From Nageia nagi (taxonomy: Eukaryota; Plantae; Pinophyta), in NCBI GenBank assembly GCA_050084985.1, contig JBITNC010000001.1:70184001-70248000 (forward strand): a stretch of DNA of 64,000 nucleotides, in the 5' to 3' direction. Positions 36,101 through 48,100 of the stretch are shown here, piece after piece. Both the position numbers and the translations under genes were made by a program. Numbering within the stretch: the first letter of the stretch is position 1; each line of letters begins with the position of its first letter. The notes under the pieces are model-generated. The model saw nothing but the letters and a program-made list of their open reading frames with translations. It was not told the DNA's origin and did no database searches.

Positions 36101-39100
36101 GTTTCCTAAATTTTTTTCAAAGCAAGAGTTTAGTCTATTCCAAATTTTCTCTCAACCTTCAGGATAGCAAACACCTCACAAGTTGGCTGCCATAAAGGTT
36201 GCATAAACAAAAAAATTTGATGACAATCCTTGAAGAGCTTGATAAGATCTTTCAAGACTTCACCCACTCTAACCCAATCCAATGAATCAACTAGCTCTGA
36301 AGAAACAATGGGCGTACTTGTCGTACTCACCATACTTGCCATATTTAACATATAAACGATAAAAAAAATGCTTAAAAATGCATAAAAAACCTGCCATACT
36401 TGTCGTACCTGCCATATTTTATGTTTTTTTCCCATTTTTTGTCCATTTTTTTTCTCAAATTTGTCAGTTTTTTGTCATAAACTTTTTCTATATTTTCCAT
36501 TTTTTTAACTTTTTTTTTTTTGCATATTTTTGCTGAATTTTAAAATCCACAAATTTTTTTTGTATTTACGATAGTTTGACCATTTTTTGGCCGTTTTTAA
36601 GTATATGACCCTCAGGCCATATTTTCAGAAAGCCATTTTTTATTCTATGATTATGAATTATTGTTCGATTGATGTTATGTGATGATATTTTCTTTGAATT
36701 TCTCTTCAATTCTGTTATGTTATTTGGACATACTTCGGATATTATTTTGTTATTGTATTATTGGGTTCTTAACATAGGGACTTCCGAAGATGAAAATTAG
36801 ATAAATTTAACTTAATTTCGAAATTAAAGTTGACAATATGATTTTTTTTTAATTGAAACCTTCAAAGGAAAATATGTTAGGTTCAAATTAATAGCCTAAA
36901 ATCTTAAAATTTGAATTTTAATCCTCAAAAAATTACTTTGAAAAAATTGATTTGGGTATATAAGAGAAAAAAACTATGACTTAAAGTTGTAATGATTTTG
37001 GAATAAACAAATTTATTTAAATTTTTTGCTATATTAAAAAAATAACAATTATCATTAAAAAAATAACATAAATTATAAGTTGTAAATATAATCTTTACAA
37101 TTTAAATCCTAAAGTGTAAAACATAGAATTAAATTACAATGTAAAAGCGCTAAGTCAAAACATAAAACTTAAAATATAAAACATATAAAAAGATATCTTA
37201 CACATATATCTAAAAATGTCGAGGTATCAATCTTGAGGCGTCTATCTTGGAAATCACACTTTTGAGAAAAGAGAGATGTCTCGAGATTTATACCTCTCAT
37301 TGTTTTTATATATATGTGCAAGATATCTAAGCTAGTTGTAAGACACTTGGACATACACGCAAAGAGTCCATCAACCAATAGATCATGTTATACCATAGTA
37401 AATAAATAATGGCCCAAAGGCCAAAAAAAAAAATGTAGGGGTACTCCTATAATTTTGAAAACTTTCGGGGATATTTGTGTTTTCCAAAGATTGAGGGCTA
37501 CTTCCATAATTTCATTAACTTATAGGGATATTTTCGTAAGTTTCCCTTAAATTTATAAATTTACTTATATGAAACCTTATAAAATTTTAAAATGTAAATT
37601 TCAAGTTGAAGTAAATTTAAAAATTCCAATAAAAAGGAACTTAATTTCACTCACTGCTGGCATCACGGCTGGATAAAATACTTAATGCATTTTAGAATTT
37701 TTCATTCTATAAAAAACTCATCCAATGCTTCATTTTACATTTACAAAATGTTTAGAGACCTTGCGGAAATTCGAAGAAATGATTTTGTACCAAAACCAAA
37801 ATCATTTCATTGCATATCAGCTCGCTTGATGTTTAGAGAGTAAGAACATTGATCAAAGATAGAGGAATCAAGAAGACATTTGGATGTGTTAGGCCGAAAT
37901 TAATAAAAGAAGCCTACAGAAAAGGCAGTTTTTTAGCCATCAAGTGTTTTCAAAATATGCAATAATTAAAGGATGGACAACTTATGGCTACAACAAGAAT
38001 ATCTTTACGCTTTGATATGATGAAGTAATCTGGAATTAAGCCTAACATAATAATCTTTGTATACACGCGGCTCTATAGGCAACTCAAATGATGATCGAAG
38101 AGTAAGGACATTGATGAAAATAGAAGAAGCAGAAAGGCACCATCTCATGAAATGCATTGATCAAAAAATATGTGCAGTAAAATCTTTTGAAGGCTTGTGC
38201 TTTGTTTGAAATTTGAATAATGGACAACTTTAAATATTATTTGATCTTTTTCTCTATGAATTTTCGTTTTAAATATTATTTGATACAATATATTTCAAGT
38301 TGAAAAGGCACGACAAATCCATTAAAACTATACTTTACTGTTATATAAATTTAGTTAACTATTGTAAATAGATAACTATTATAATAATAAATTTATTAGT
38401 CAGCCATAGTTAATTTTTATAATTTGAAATGTTTTAGTCTGTTAAATTAATTATTTATTTTTTAAAAATGTTTAATGGAACTGACATTTGGGTCTTTGCC
38501 CTCCTCCCCCGACGGCCATTGTAAGAAGCCTCTCAATGTAATAAAGCTAACCTACTAGAAAGGTGAGAAGAGAAGGTGAATAGGCACACATAGATAGTGC
38601 ATAGAATAGAATTGGCCAGCAAAAGGCCAAGAACAACAAGAAGAAAAAAATATGTTTCAAGTTATTCATCAGATGAACCTATTAAGAAAGCATGAAAAAG
38701 GATGAGGATTTCTATTAGAAGTGATCGAAGCTGTTGACGATTCAACTTCTATTTAACATGACGATATTTTAACTCAACAACCAAAAATTTATGTTGGATC
38801 AAGTTTATGTTTTTTTCCATTTTGTTTTTTTAATTCCCAAGTTTTTTAGCATCACCATAACTTGACAGCAATTTTTCTAAGCAAGTTTCTTGCCAGGAGT
38901 TTAGTGAGTAATCATGAGAGACCTGTGATTTTTCTAACGAAGGTTAAAATTGATTGCTAAACACTCTTTCCTTTTTATTCATTTTTCTTTTCTTTTAGCT
39001 ACTAGGGTTTGAATTTTAGCTTCAAACATGAGCTCCATTAAACGAGACCCTATTGAAAGCATTGTAAACTGAATCCAAAAACAAATACCACAATATATAA

Positions 39101-42100
39101 CTATTGTGATCGACTAGTTCATGGGGGCCCAAATAGAATGAAATATCATCTTGTTAAAATCCCTAACCACGATGTTTGCTAATGTAAAAAAGTTGACAAG
39201 AAGTGAATGCATCGGGGAAGCTTTAGGAAAAGAAGAATACAAAGAAAAAAACTCAAACAAAGATGGCAAAGCTTACACCTCCTCCAGTTTTTTTTAAATG
39301 AGCAAGCAACATAGGAGCAAGTATTGGCTCTAGGGTCAAACATGGGTTTTCCACAACTTCATGTGATGATTTGCCCTCTATTTCTCTCCTGATGGCCAAT
39401 CCTCCCTTAAGGCAACTTGATGGAATAGGGAAAAGCACAAAAGGCTAGAAAAGTATATGCCAATTTTTTGGTATTTTTCAAACATTCCATTTAATATATA
39501 ACAAGATTGCCATATTAGAATATGGTGAATGCCATTTCAATTTGTGACGTTCAAGGCACCATCTACCATGATCTTCAAGGCTCACTGCTTAATGAAGCTA
39601 CAATTGATATAAATCTTATCATTGAAGAGCAAAAGAAAATTTGGAGGAAGGGATGCACCATCATGACCAGTATTTGGACGAATGAAAGAAGTCAAACTCT
39701 AATCAATTTTAAGGTTTCTTCTATTGGGGATCTATTGTTCCTCAAATCAATTGATGCATCAAATAAATAAAAAAAATATCGAAACCCTAAGCAAATGGAT
39801 AGAGGAGGTTATCATGGAGGTGGACCCTAAAAATGTTGTGCACATTATCACTTACAATGCAACTACATATGTATTAGTGGGAAAGACTCTTCAGGAGAGG
39901 TACTCTTTAAATTTTTGGAGTCCATTCATTGCCCATTGCCTCAATCTCATTCTTGAGCACATTGGGACAAATAGTTGGATGAAGGAGGTTGAAGAAAAGG
40001 AAAAAAAATATAAACCAATTCATCTACAATCACTCATGGGTCTTAAATTTGATGAGGTCAGATTTCATGCAGGGTAAAGAGCTTGTACATCCAAGCATTA
40101 AATGTTTCACCACTACATTCATTACTTTACAAAGTCTATATAACTCAAACGCTACACTAAGACAAATGTCTATTAGCAACAAGTGGATGAGCTCTAAATA
40201 TGCCCACGAGATCGATGAAATTAATGTTTTTTAATGGGTTTTTTATGATGTCTTTTGGAACGCATCGAACGAGATTATTCAAGTAAGAATATGAGCATAA
40301 TTCAAGTTTTCAATTTTTTATTTTATTTTTAATTTATTTTACCATTAATTATATTGCAATTTTATGAGCCCTTAGTGAAGGTCCTTCGCCTTATTGATAA
40401 AAAATAAATCCCCTATGGAGTACATCTAAGAGGCGATGGATAGGGCTAAGTAAGCTATAGCTTCTTTCTATAACCATATGGAGAGGAGATATTGTCCCAT
40501 TTGGTAAATCATTGACCGTAGATATTCAAACTAATTTCACACGCCATTATATGCAATGAGGTACTATTTGAACCCTATATACTTCTATGATGATGCATTT
40601 GAAGGGGGCAAGGAGGTTTTGACAAGCCTTCACATATGCATTGAACATATGGTTGTTGTCGATCTTTGAAAGATGTTCTCATAGATGAGCTACAAGTTTA
40701 TATGAGTAAAAGGCTATCTCTTCTCTTTTATGCAATGTATCCACACAAGGACTCAACATCCAGGTAAAAAGAAAAAATTGTGTTAACAATAAACCCTAAA
40801 CCCTAAACCCTAAAATAAATTGTTTACTTATTACAAAATTCATAATCTGAATTTTTTCATATTTTTTCATTTGTTTTATATTTTTAGATCTATGGTGGGA
40901 GGATATGGCGCTAGGACACCAACATTTCAAAAGCTTGCAATCTGAATTTTGTGCCAACCATGTAGTGCTTTAGGATGTGAGTGAAATTTTACGAAATTTT
41001 ACCACATTTGAACACATCCACTCAAAGAATCAAACAAGTTCACTTAGCAATGCTTAAATGACTTAATGTTTGTGCAATACAACCTTTGCACTAACCACAA
41101 GCAAATTCCAAGAACTAGTCATGAGGTAATCGAATTAGATGCCATTGATATACAATTTGATTGGATGTCGAATCAACCAAAGGAGGATGATCCTCTTTTC
41201 AATTTCACCTTTGAGGATTTAGATCCCTTGGAACAAGAGGCTATTGCGATGGGGAGGAAGAGACACATGCAATAGAAGGATTGGGAGCACGAGAGGCACC
41301 CACATAACAAACAACAGCAACTAGAAGTAGAAGTGAAAAACAAGAAGGAAAAGGCCAACGAAAAACGTTCAATGATAGGTTGATGTTGTTTTGACTCATT
41401 GACATTGAAAACTTCATGTTATATCATATATTTTGGTGAAGACTAATGCAATATTGAAAATTATTATCTATTTCGTTCTTTGAAGTGGAATATACATAAT
41501 ACTGAATTAGTGATGGTAATTTTGCATGTTATGAAATCAATTTTACAACATATGACCTAAAAAAAATTATGTGAATATGTATATTTTTTGGATTTTTTTT
41601 ACAAGTTTTTTACCGAGTTTTTACCAAGCCCATGATTTTCCCAGGTCAAATGACTTGCAGAGTCTTTAGTGATTCAGAATTCAACTACTATGGTTCATAC
41701 CATAAAAATCTCACAAGATGTTCAACTCAGCACAACCACATTCCGTATCTTAATACATAAATTGTCAACTGCACTCTTATTTCCATAAAATCTAATTTTG
41801 GTCAGGTAAAATATAAAAAGGCTGCCTGCCCTCCATTGTATTTATCTACCTCCATATCTCAGGATACTGTAAGCCTCCTGCTTTTACAGCATTAAAGCTT
41901 CGATGGAAAACACATAATGCACTGATGCCATGTCTGATGATTGAACATTATTTCTATCAATCAACGGCCTCAACTTTCACATTTTCTTTAATCATCTGCT
42001 ATGTGAATGATTTACTATACAGACAAATAATGACGTAAATATATAGCATGAAAATAATAAATCAAGTTAGGTCTCATGGAGAGACTTTGTCAGTCAGAAA

Positions 42101-45100
42101 ATTTGAGAAGATTTTAAGAAGCTTGCATCCTGAATATGATCTAGATGTGGTTGTGGTTTTGTTCTATCATTTGCAAATGCATGGGAAGATTCCTTCAAGA
42201 TAATTTGCGGGCAACAAAATTGTTAAGCAAGGTATTGTCATTGTTGTCAACACATTTTGTTGGGCATGTACTGGTGAAGTTATTATGCATCTATCATGAT
42301 GTTGTAAGTGGATAGTAAGTGAAATTGTTTGAAAAAATATCAGTCATCTTTGTAACGGAATAACTTTTGATAGAGGCATCCAATTGAGTTGATTATTTAT
42401 TCATTAAATAGCCCTTTAAGAGACCTCCAACAAATATAAATATTCCTACCTTTTCTAAAAAGCCATTTTGGTCAAGAGGCATTTTGGAGGCGGGATTACA
42501 TTTTTCTTGCTTTAAAAGGCCAAAAAAGCAAGGGTTTGTTTTTAGGGTGTGAGATATGGTTGAATCCAAGATGTTTGTGTTGAAGAAAAGAATTGAGATG
42601 CAGAATCGAGATCATCAATGTGTAGGATGTGAGAAGATTGTAGAGTTGAGATCATCAATGTGCAGTGTGTGACAAGATTGCAAAGATTAAATAAATTTCA
42701 AACGAAAGAATTTATGAGCTAGACCACTCAAGGTTTAATTATCAAGATCAATACGATGTTTATGTGTTGAAGAAAAGAATTGAGATGCAGAATCGAGATC
42801 ATCAATGTGTAGGATGCGAGAAGATTGCAGAGTTGAGATCATCAATGTGCAAGGTGTGACAAGATTGCAAAGATCAAATAAATTTCAAATGAAAGAATTT
42901 ATGAGCCAGACCACTCAAGGTCTAATTATCAAGATCAATATTTTCTTCAGAGTTTTGTATATTTGCCAAGTTGGTGATCAGCATTAGGGATTGGTGCCCC
43001 TTCCAGTTGGTGCTGGTAAATTAGGGGATTGGTGTCTCTTTCCAGTTGGTGCTGGTAAAGTTAGGGGTTGGTGCTCCTTCTAGTGGGTGCTGGTAAATTG
43101 TTTGTAAAGTTGGTGCTTTGCAAAGGTTGGATTTGAATGGAAGTCCAAGCAGTCATTTTCAGGGATGTAGCCAAATCGGTGAACCTCGTTACATCTTGTG
43201 TTGTGTGATGTTTTAGATGTGTTTATTGTGAATGTTTTCAGTTTTGTATTACTTTGGTTTTAAATATTGAGGAATTAATTTACTACACTGATTCACCTCC
43301 CCTCTCAGTGTCATTGTGCGAATAACAAAAATTTGCACTTCCATTAGAGCACATTGAAGGGTCATTCGTAGAACATGGAGATTTTAGAATAAGATACAAA
43401 TTTCTAAGAAATTTCAAGGCCTAGAAACTGAAGAATGCCAGCCACAGCTATTCCATCTGGATACAAGGAATAGGGTGTTGTCCAAAGATTTTCCCAGCCT
43501 CTAAGTTGTGGAAAACCAATTCAGTCAAAACAAGCAAAATTGAAACAAGTGCATTATTTATAAAAACAGGCTGTCATGCAGTAGACCTGTAGCACCATAT
43601 TATTGAATTGGTCAAGTGGACTCCAAATTGCTCTGAAATAATGAAACAAGAAATGGACATATGATAATGGGAAACTAAATAAAGTAAAGTAATGATAATT
43701 GGGAGACACTGGAGTAAAAAATAAAAACTCACAACTTCTTAGAAAGTTAAAATCCACAAAAGAAATTTATATGATTTGTATCAGAAAACACACATAGATG
43801 TTTCTTAAATATACGACACAAAAAGAAGCATGAAATCCATCTAATTAGGTTAGTCAATTGTTTTGATAATGATATAGAAAATAAACTACACATCTTTTTT
43901 GTGCAAAAATGCAAAAGGAAACAATACCTGGAAACTAGGAGCCAACCCAGGAGTGAGCAAGAAGCGACCTTTTGATACACTTTGAATGCCATTCACCAGC
44001 TCTAATTCCCGTATGAGAGATTCAACCTCAGGCCACTGGAGAACCATAACACTACAATCTTAAAATCTAGAATTTAATATAATTGAGAATTTCCATCATG
44101 TATCATTGAGAAAATAAACATAAAAAGTGCATCACAAAGGACAGACTGACTTATATCGGAGGTTTCCATACGCATGCATGAGCCCAGTTGCCAAGATCTT
44201 AAAACTATTAAAGTACAAACAAAAAATTCAATTGTTTGCAGGTTGGCAATATGTGCAAAAATTTAAAAAAAAAAAAACTTAAACAATTTATTCGAATAAT
44301 CATCGGCAGATATGAAAATCAGGATACACTGAAAATATGAAAAATTTGGCAAAAAATTTGGGATGCAACTCAAAAGAACATACTCTTTAACAGTATTTAC
44401 TTATTTGCTTTGCAGGCAATTCGAATGATGAAAGTATCTCTTTGAGATACTTATTTACTCAGTCTACACTGAATGCTAGAGAAAGGTAAATGAAATTCTT
44501 AGAACAACATGACTTTGAGATCAACTACATGAAGGTAGGGAAAACCATGTTACCTTAAGCAAAAGATCATATTTATATTCCATGAAAAATGTTTAAACTG
44601 GTTTAAGAAAAGAAAGAAAGAAAAAAATATGTAAATGTCCACGGATAGGCAAAAGTAGTCAATGGGACTGGAGAGTACAAAAATGGAAAAGTAGCAAGCA
44701 AGACCCAAGATGGCCTGATCTAAAGCTAAACCAAACGTAAAAGAAATATAATAAAGAGTCAAAACCCTAGAAATGAGCATATAGCCAAAGAGAAATACAA
44801 TGAATCAATGGGCAGTCAAGAAGGGGCCACTATGAACATAAAGAAGGGAAATAGAGAGCACAAGGACAATCTCAACTAGGAGGTTGGGGTGGAAACCGTG
44901 GAATCCTCCTGGTCTCCGATGCCCATGTCTGTGTTGACTCTGTTAGTGCTGAAAAATGACATGATCGGACAAGCTCTCAAAGAAATGTGGCCTTGCGAAA
45001 GCATATCCTAGTGTGCCGAGTAGAAGATGGAAGGTCATCTCGTGACCTGTTACAAGTCCCCACAACTAAGGAGACTTGAAAAAAAGATATAATACAACGA

Positions 45101-48100
45101 ACCCCTGTTGGATGTTGGGTGTGAGATAGGAGATGCTTCCAAAGAAGAAAAGCCACACAAAGGAAGAGAGCAAGTATTAGAATCTCAAGGGAGAGATTTG
45201 TGGTGTATGCAGACAATATCAGAACTGTAAGAAAGCCAAGCCGTTTTAAAAGATTCGTAGGTGATACCTTAGAAGTAAGGATGGGCTATGCTGTTTAAGA
45301 AGCAAATGTACGTTCTCAGTGGAGGATATTTGAGAGAGAAAATACTTTCAGAATTGCACAATGCATTGTATTATACCCATTTAGGAGTTTAAAAAATGCT
45401 TGCTGACTTAAAAATTAAAATGCTTGTTCTTTTCGTGCAAAAAGACGCACAAGGTTACCATGTTTATGGATCTAAATGCCTGGAATGTCAGTAGGTGAAG
45501 GATGAACATAAACACCTTGTTGGATTGTTTCATCCCCATGAGATTCCTGATTACAGATGGAATGTGGTATTCATGGGTTTTACCGTGGCGCTGCCTCTGA
45601 CTAAGCATATGTATGAAACTATTATTGTTGTGGTACATAGATTTACACAAGGTATCTCATTTCTGCCTACAAGGAAAACATATGAGACAGAGGACATACA
45701 CTAGCTGTATACATAGTTACCAGAATCGAGAAATCTTACGTGCGAGAAATATAAAGGTTGCGCATGAGAAATGTATATTTATATATATATAAAAGATGAA
45801 AATTACAAAAAATAATTACAATATATTTAAAATTATTAAAATAATTTTAAAATTTATATATTATCACTTTCATACAAAATTAAAAAAAACATTGTCCAAT
45901 TATATTATTACAATTATTTTTATTCAAAATAAAATAAATAATTTTTACTAGTCTAAGTATTATGTCACACAACAAGATTAGAGCCCTGAGAAATCTTTGG
46001 TGTTAGGATTACGTGGAAGAATGGTGCCCATACCTGCGAACCAAAAGTGCCAGGTCAGCTTTGCATTCCACCAGATGGAAAACGCGGTTTCACTCATTTC
46101 AAAGTGCGTAGTGTAGTGGATGCCTGCTGCTCACGATTCCAGTATGGTTAGAATCCTTTCCTGAGTCGCCAGCGCTTTCCCGAGCCGATAAGAGTGGGGA
46201 TTCTTCCTAGGGTTGGGTAGCACTTGGGAGGTAAAGGGGAAGCTCATCCCCTACTTTTATAAGCGCTATCGTTCACCGCGATACAATCTCGACAACTTGC
46301 TGGCCTGGCAGCCTCCTGATTCGAGGGCTCGACGTATGATGAATAGGGAAAAGCTCGCGAAGCGCTGGCTGCTGGGTTGCTTAAACTGGAGAAATACCCC
46401 GTCACCGTTGAGAAGGAGATAAAACGCTGAAAAAATGTTGTGAAATGCAGAGAAACGTTGCAAGAATACAGAAGACGCAATTGCCCGTTTGCAACGCCGT
46501 TTTCCGTTGCGTCACGTTGCAGATCCGTTAAAACGCGAAACGAAAGAAATTTGTCACGTTTCTTGCATCTAGGGCTGTATATGGATGAAATTGTAAAGTC
46601 GCATGGGATTCCATGCAGTATAATCTCGTAGAGAGATTCCTTATTTACTTCTTGATTTTGAACAACATTTCAAGCTACCTTAGGCACAAACAATAGATGG
46701 TCAAACTCGGAGAGTCAATTCAGGACACATGTACACTAGAAGCCAGAATAACCATTGCGAAAACTTATGTCCCTTGTAGAAATTGCCTATAAAAACATTA
46801 TAATAGCTCCTTATGAGAGCTTTGTATGGAATGTCATGTAGAATGCCCTTGAACTGGTACAGGTCGGCGGATTTCATTCTGCTTGGACCAAACATGCTTA
46901 GTGCTTATTAGACAAAGCCATAAAGAAGCCCAATATCATTAGAAGACTTATATTGGATCTCATAGAATTAAGAACCATTGTGTTATCTATGATTAAAACC
47001 TCACAAGAGGCCTGGAAGACTTGAGAAGATGCCTATGTTGTCAGCTTGTTTTACTGAACCTTTTGAGGTCCTGAAGAAGACGGAACATGACATTTTCCAT
47101 ATTTTTGTTTTATGAAAATATATTTCCAATCCTTCTCATATACTGGAATGGTCTTCCTTACAGCAGGATGATAACATGTTTAGGGCAGAGCCAATCAAAA
47201 TTTTAAGCAAAAGACCCTCCAACGTTGGCACTGCATGGTTGATAAGGTTAAGGTTCAGAGGGCCCAGTACAGCACAAAATCCTGTACTTGGGAGAATGAT
47301 TAGATATGAAATCTCTATATCCATTTCGTTTTGAGTAAACTTCAGGGACGAAGTTGGGGCATATTATGTACTAATGTAGTGCCCCACCGTATGCTACCTG
47401 CTACCAATTACCATATCATCTAGTTAAAGACTTTACTTCTGTTTTAGCACAGTGACTTTGGGAACATAGATAATTTGGGGATGCTTTAAATATACTTCTG
47501 CACTGAATCTCTAAATCAAAGATGGACCTTTAAATATTAATTATCCAGTGATTTTATATTTTGGTATTGATATGGGATTAAGTTAACATTTTGAATTTGC
47601 ATGCAAAAATGTTATATGCAATTAATATTTGGAATACAATGTCGAGGTTAATTTATGAAATGACGATGCATTGATCCCAAGATGTATACCTGGCTAACTT
47701 ACGAAGTTCTGTGATTTTGAAATCGGGATCGAAATTCGCCAGTTTTGAAGATCGAACGATTAAATTTAGCTTGAAATTCGTCAAAAACCGTAGTGAAAAT
47801 CGCAATTAAAATCATTTGAGTTCGAATCAAAATCATCGAAAATCGCTATTTTCAGAGTTTCGGAATAAAACGCCCGCCGGTTTCTAAAGACAATTCATTC
47901 CGCGACTCTGAAGACAGTTCATTACGCCGGTTTCTGAAGACAGTTCATTCTGCCGGTTTTTTAAGGTTTCGGAGCTTTTCCAATTTCCACCATCCGCTAG
48001 CGCCGCCCGCCATTCTCCAACCTCCTGGCAATTTGCTAAAAATTTCAAATAGAAATATATGGCCATAAGACCGCGTCATACCTACCAAAAATCCCGTCGA

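Noticed and set aside
43554-43586. Alternative terminal SDP exon (cag|VYCMTACFYK*)
   Set aside because: It starts with VY by coincidence and has a weak pyrimidine tract. The conserved exon VYLSD..KVQE exists at 30249-30317. RNA-seq would be needed to revive this idea.
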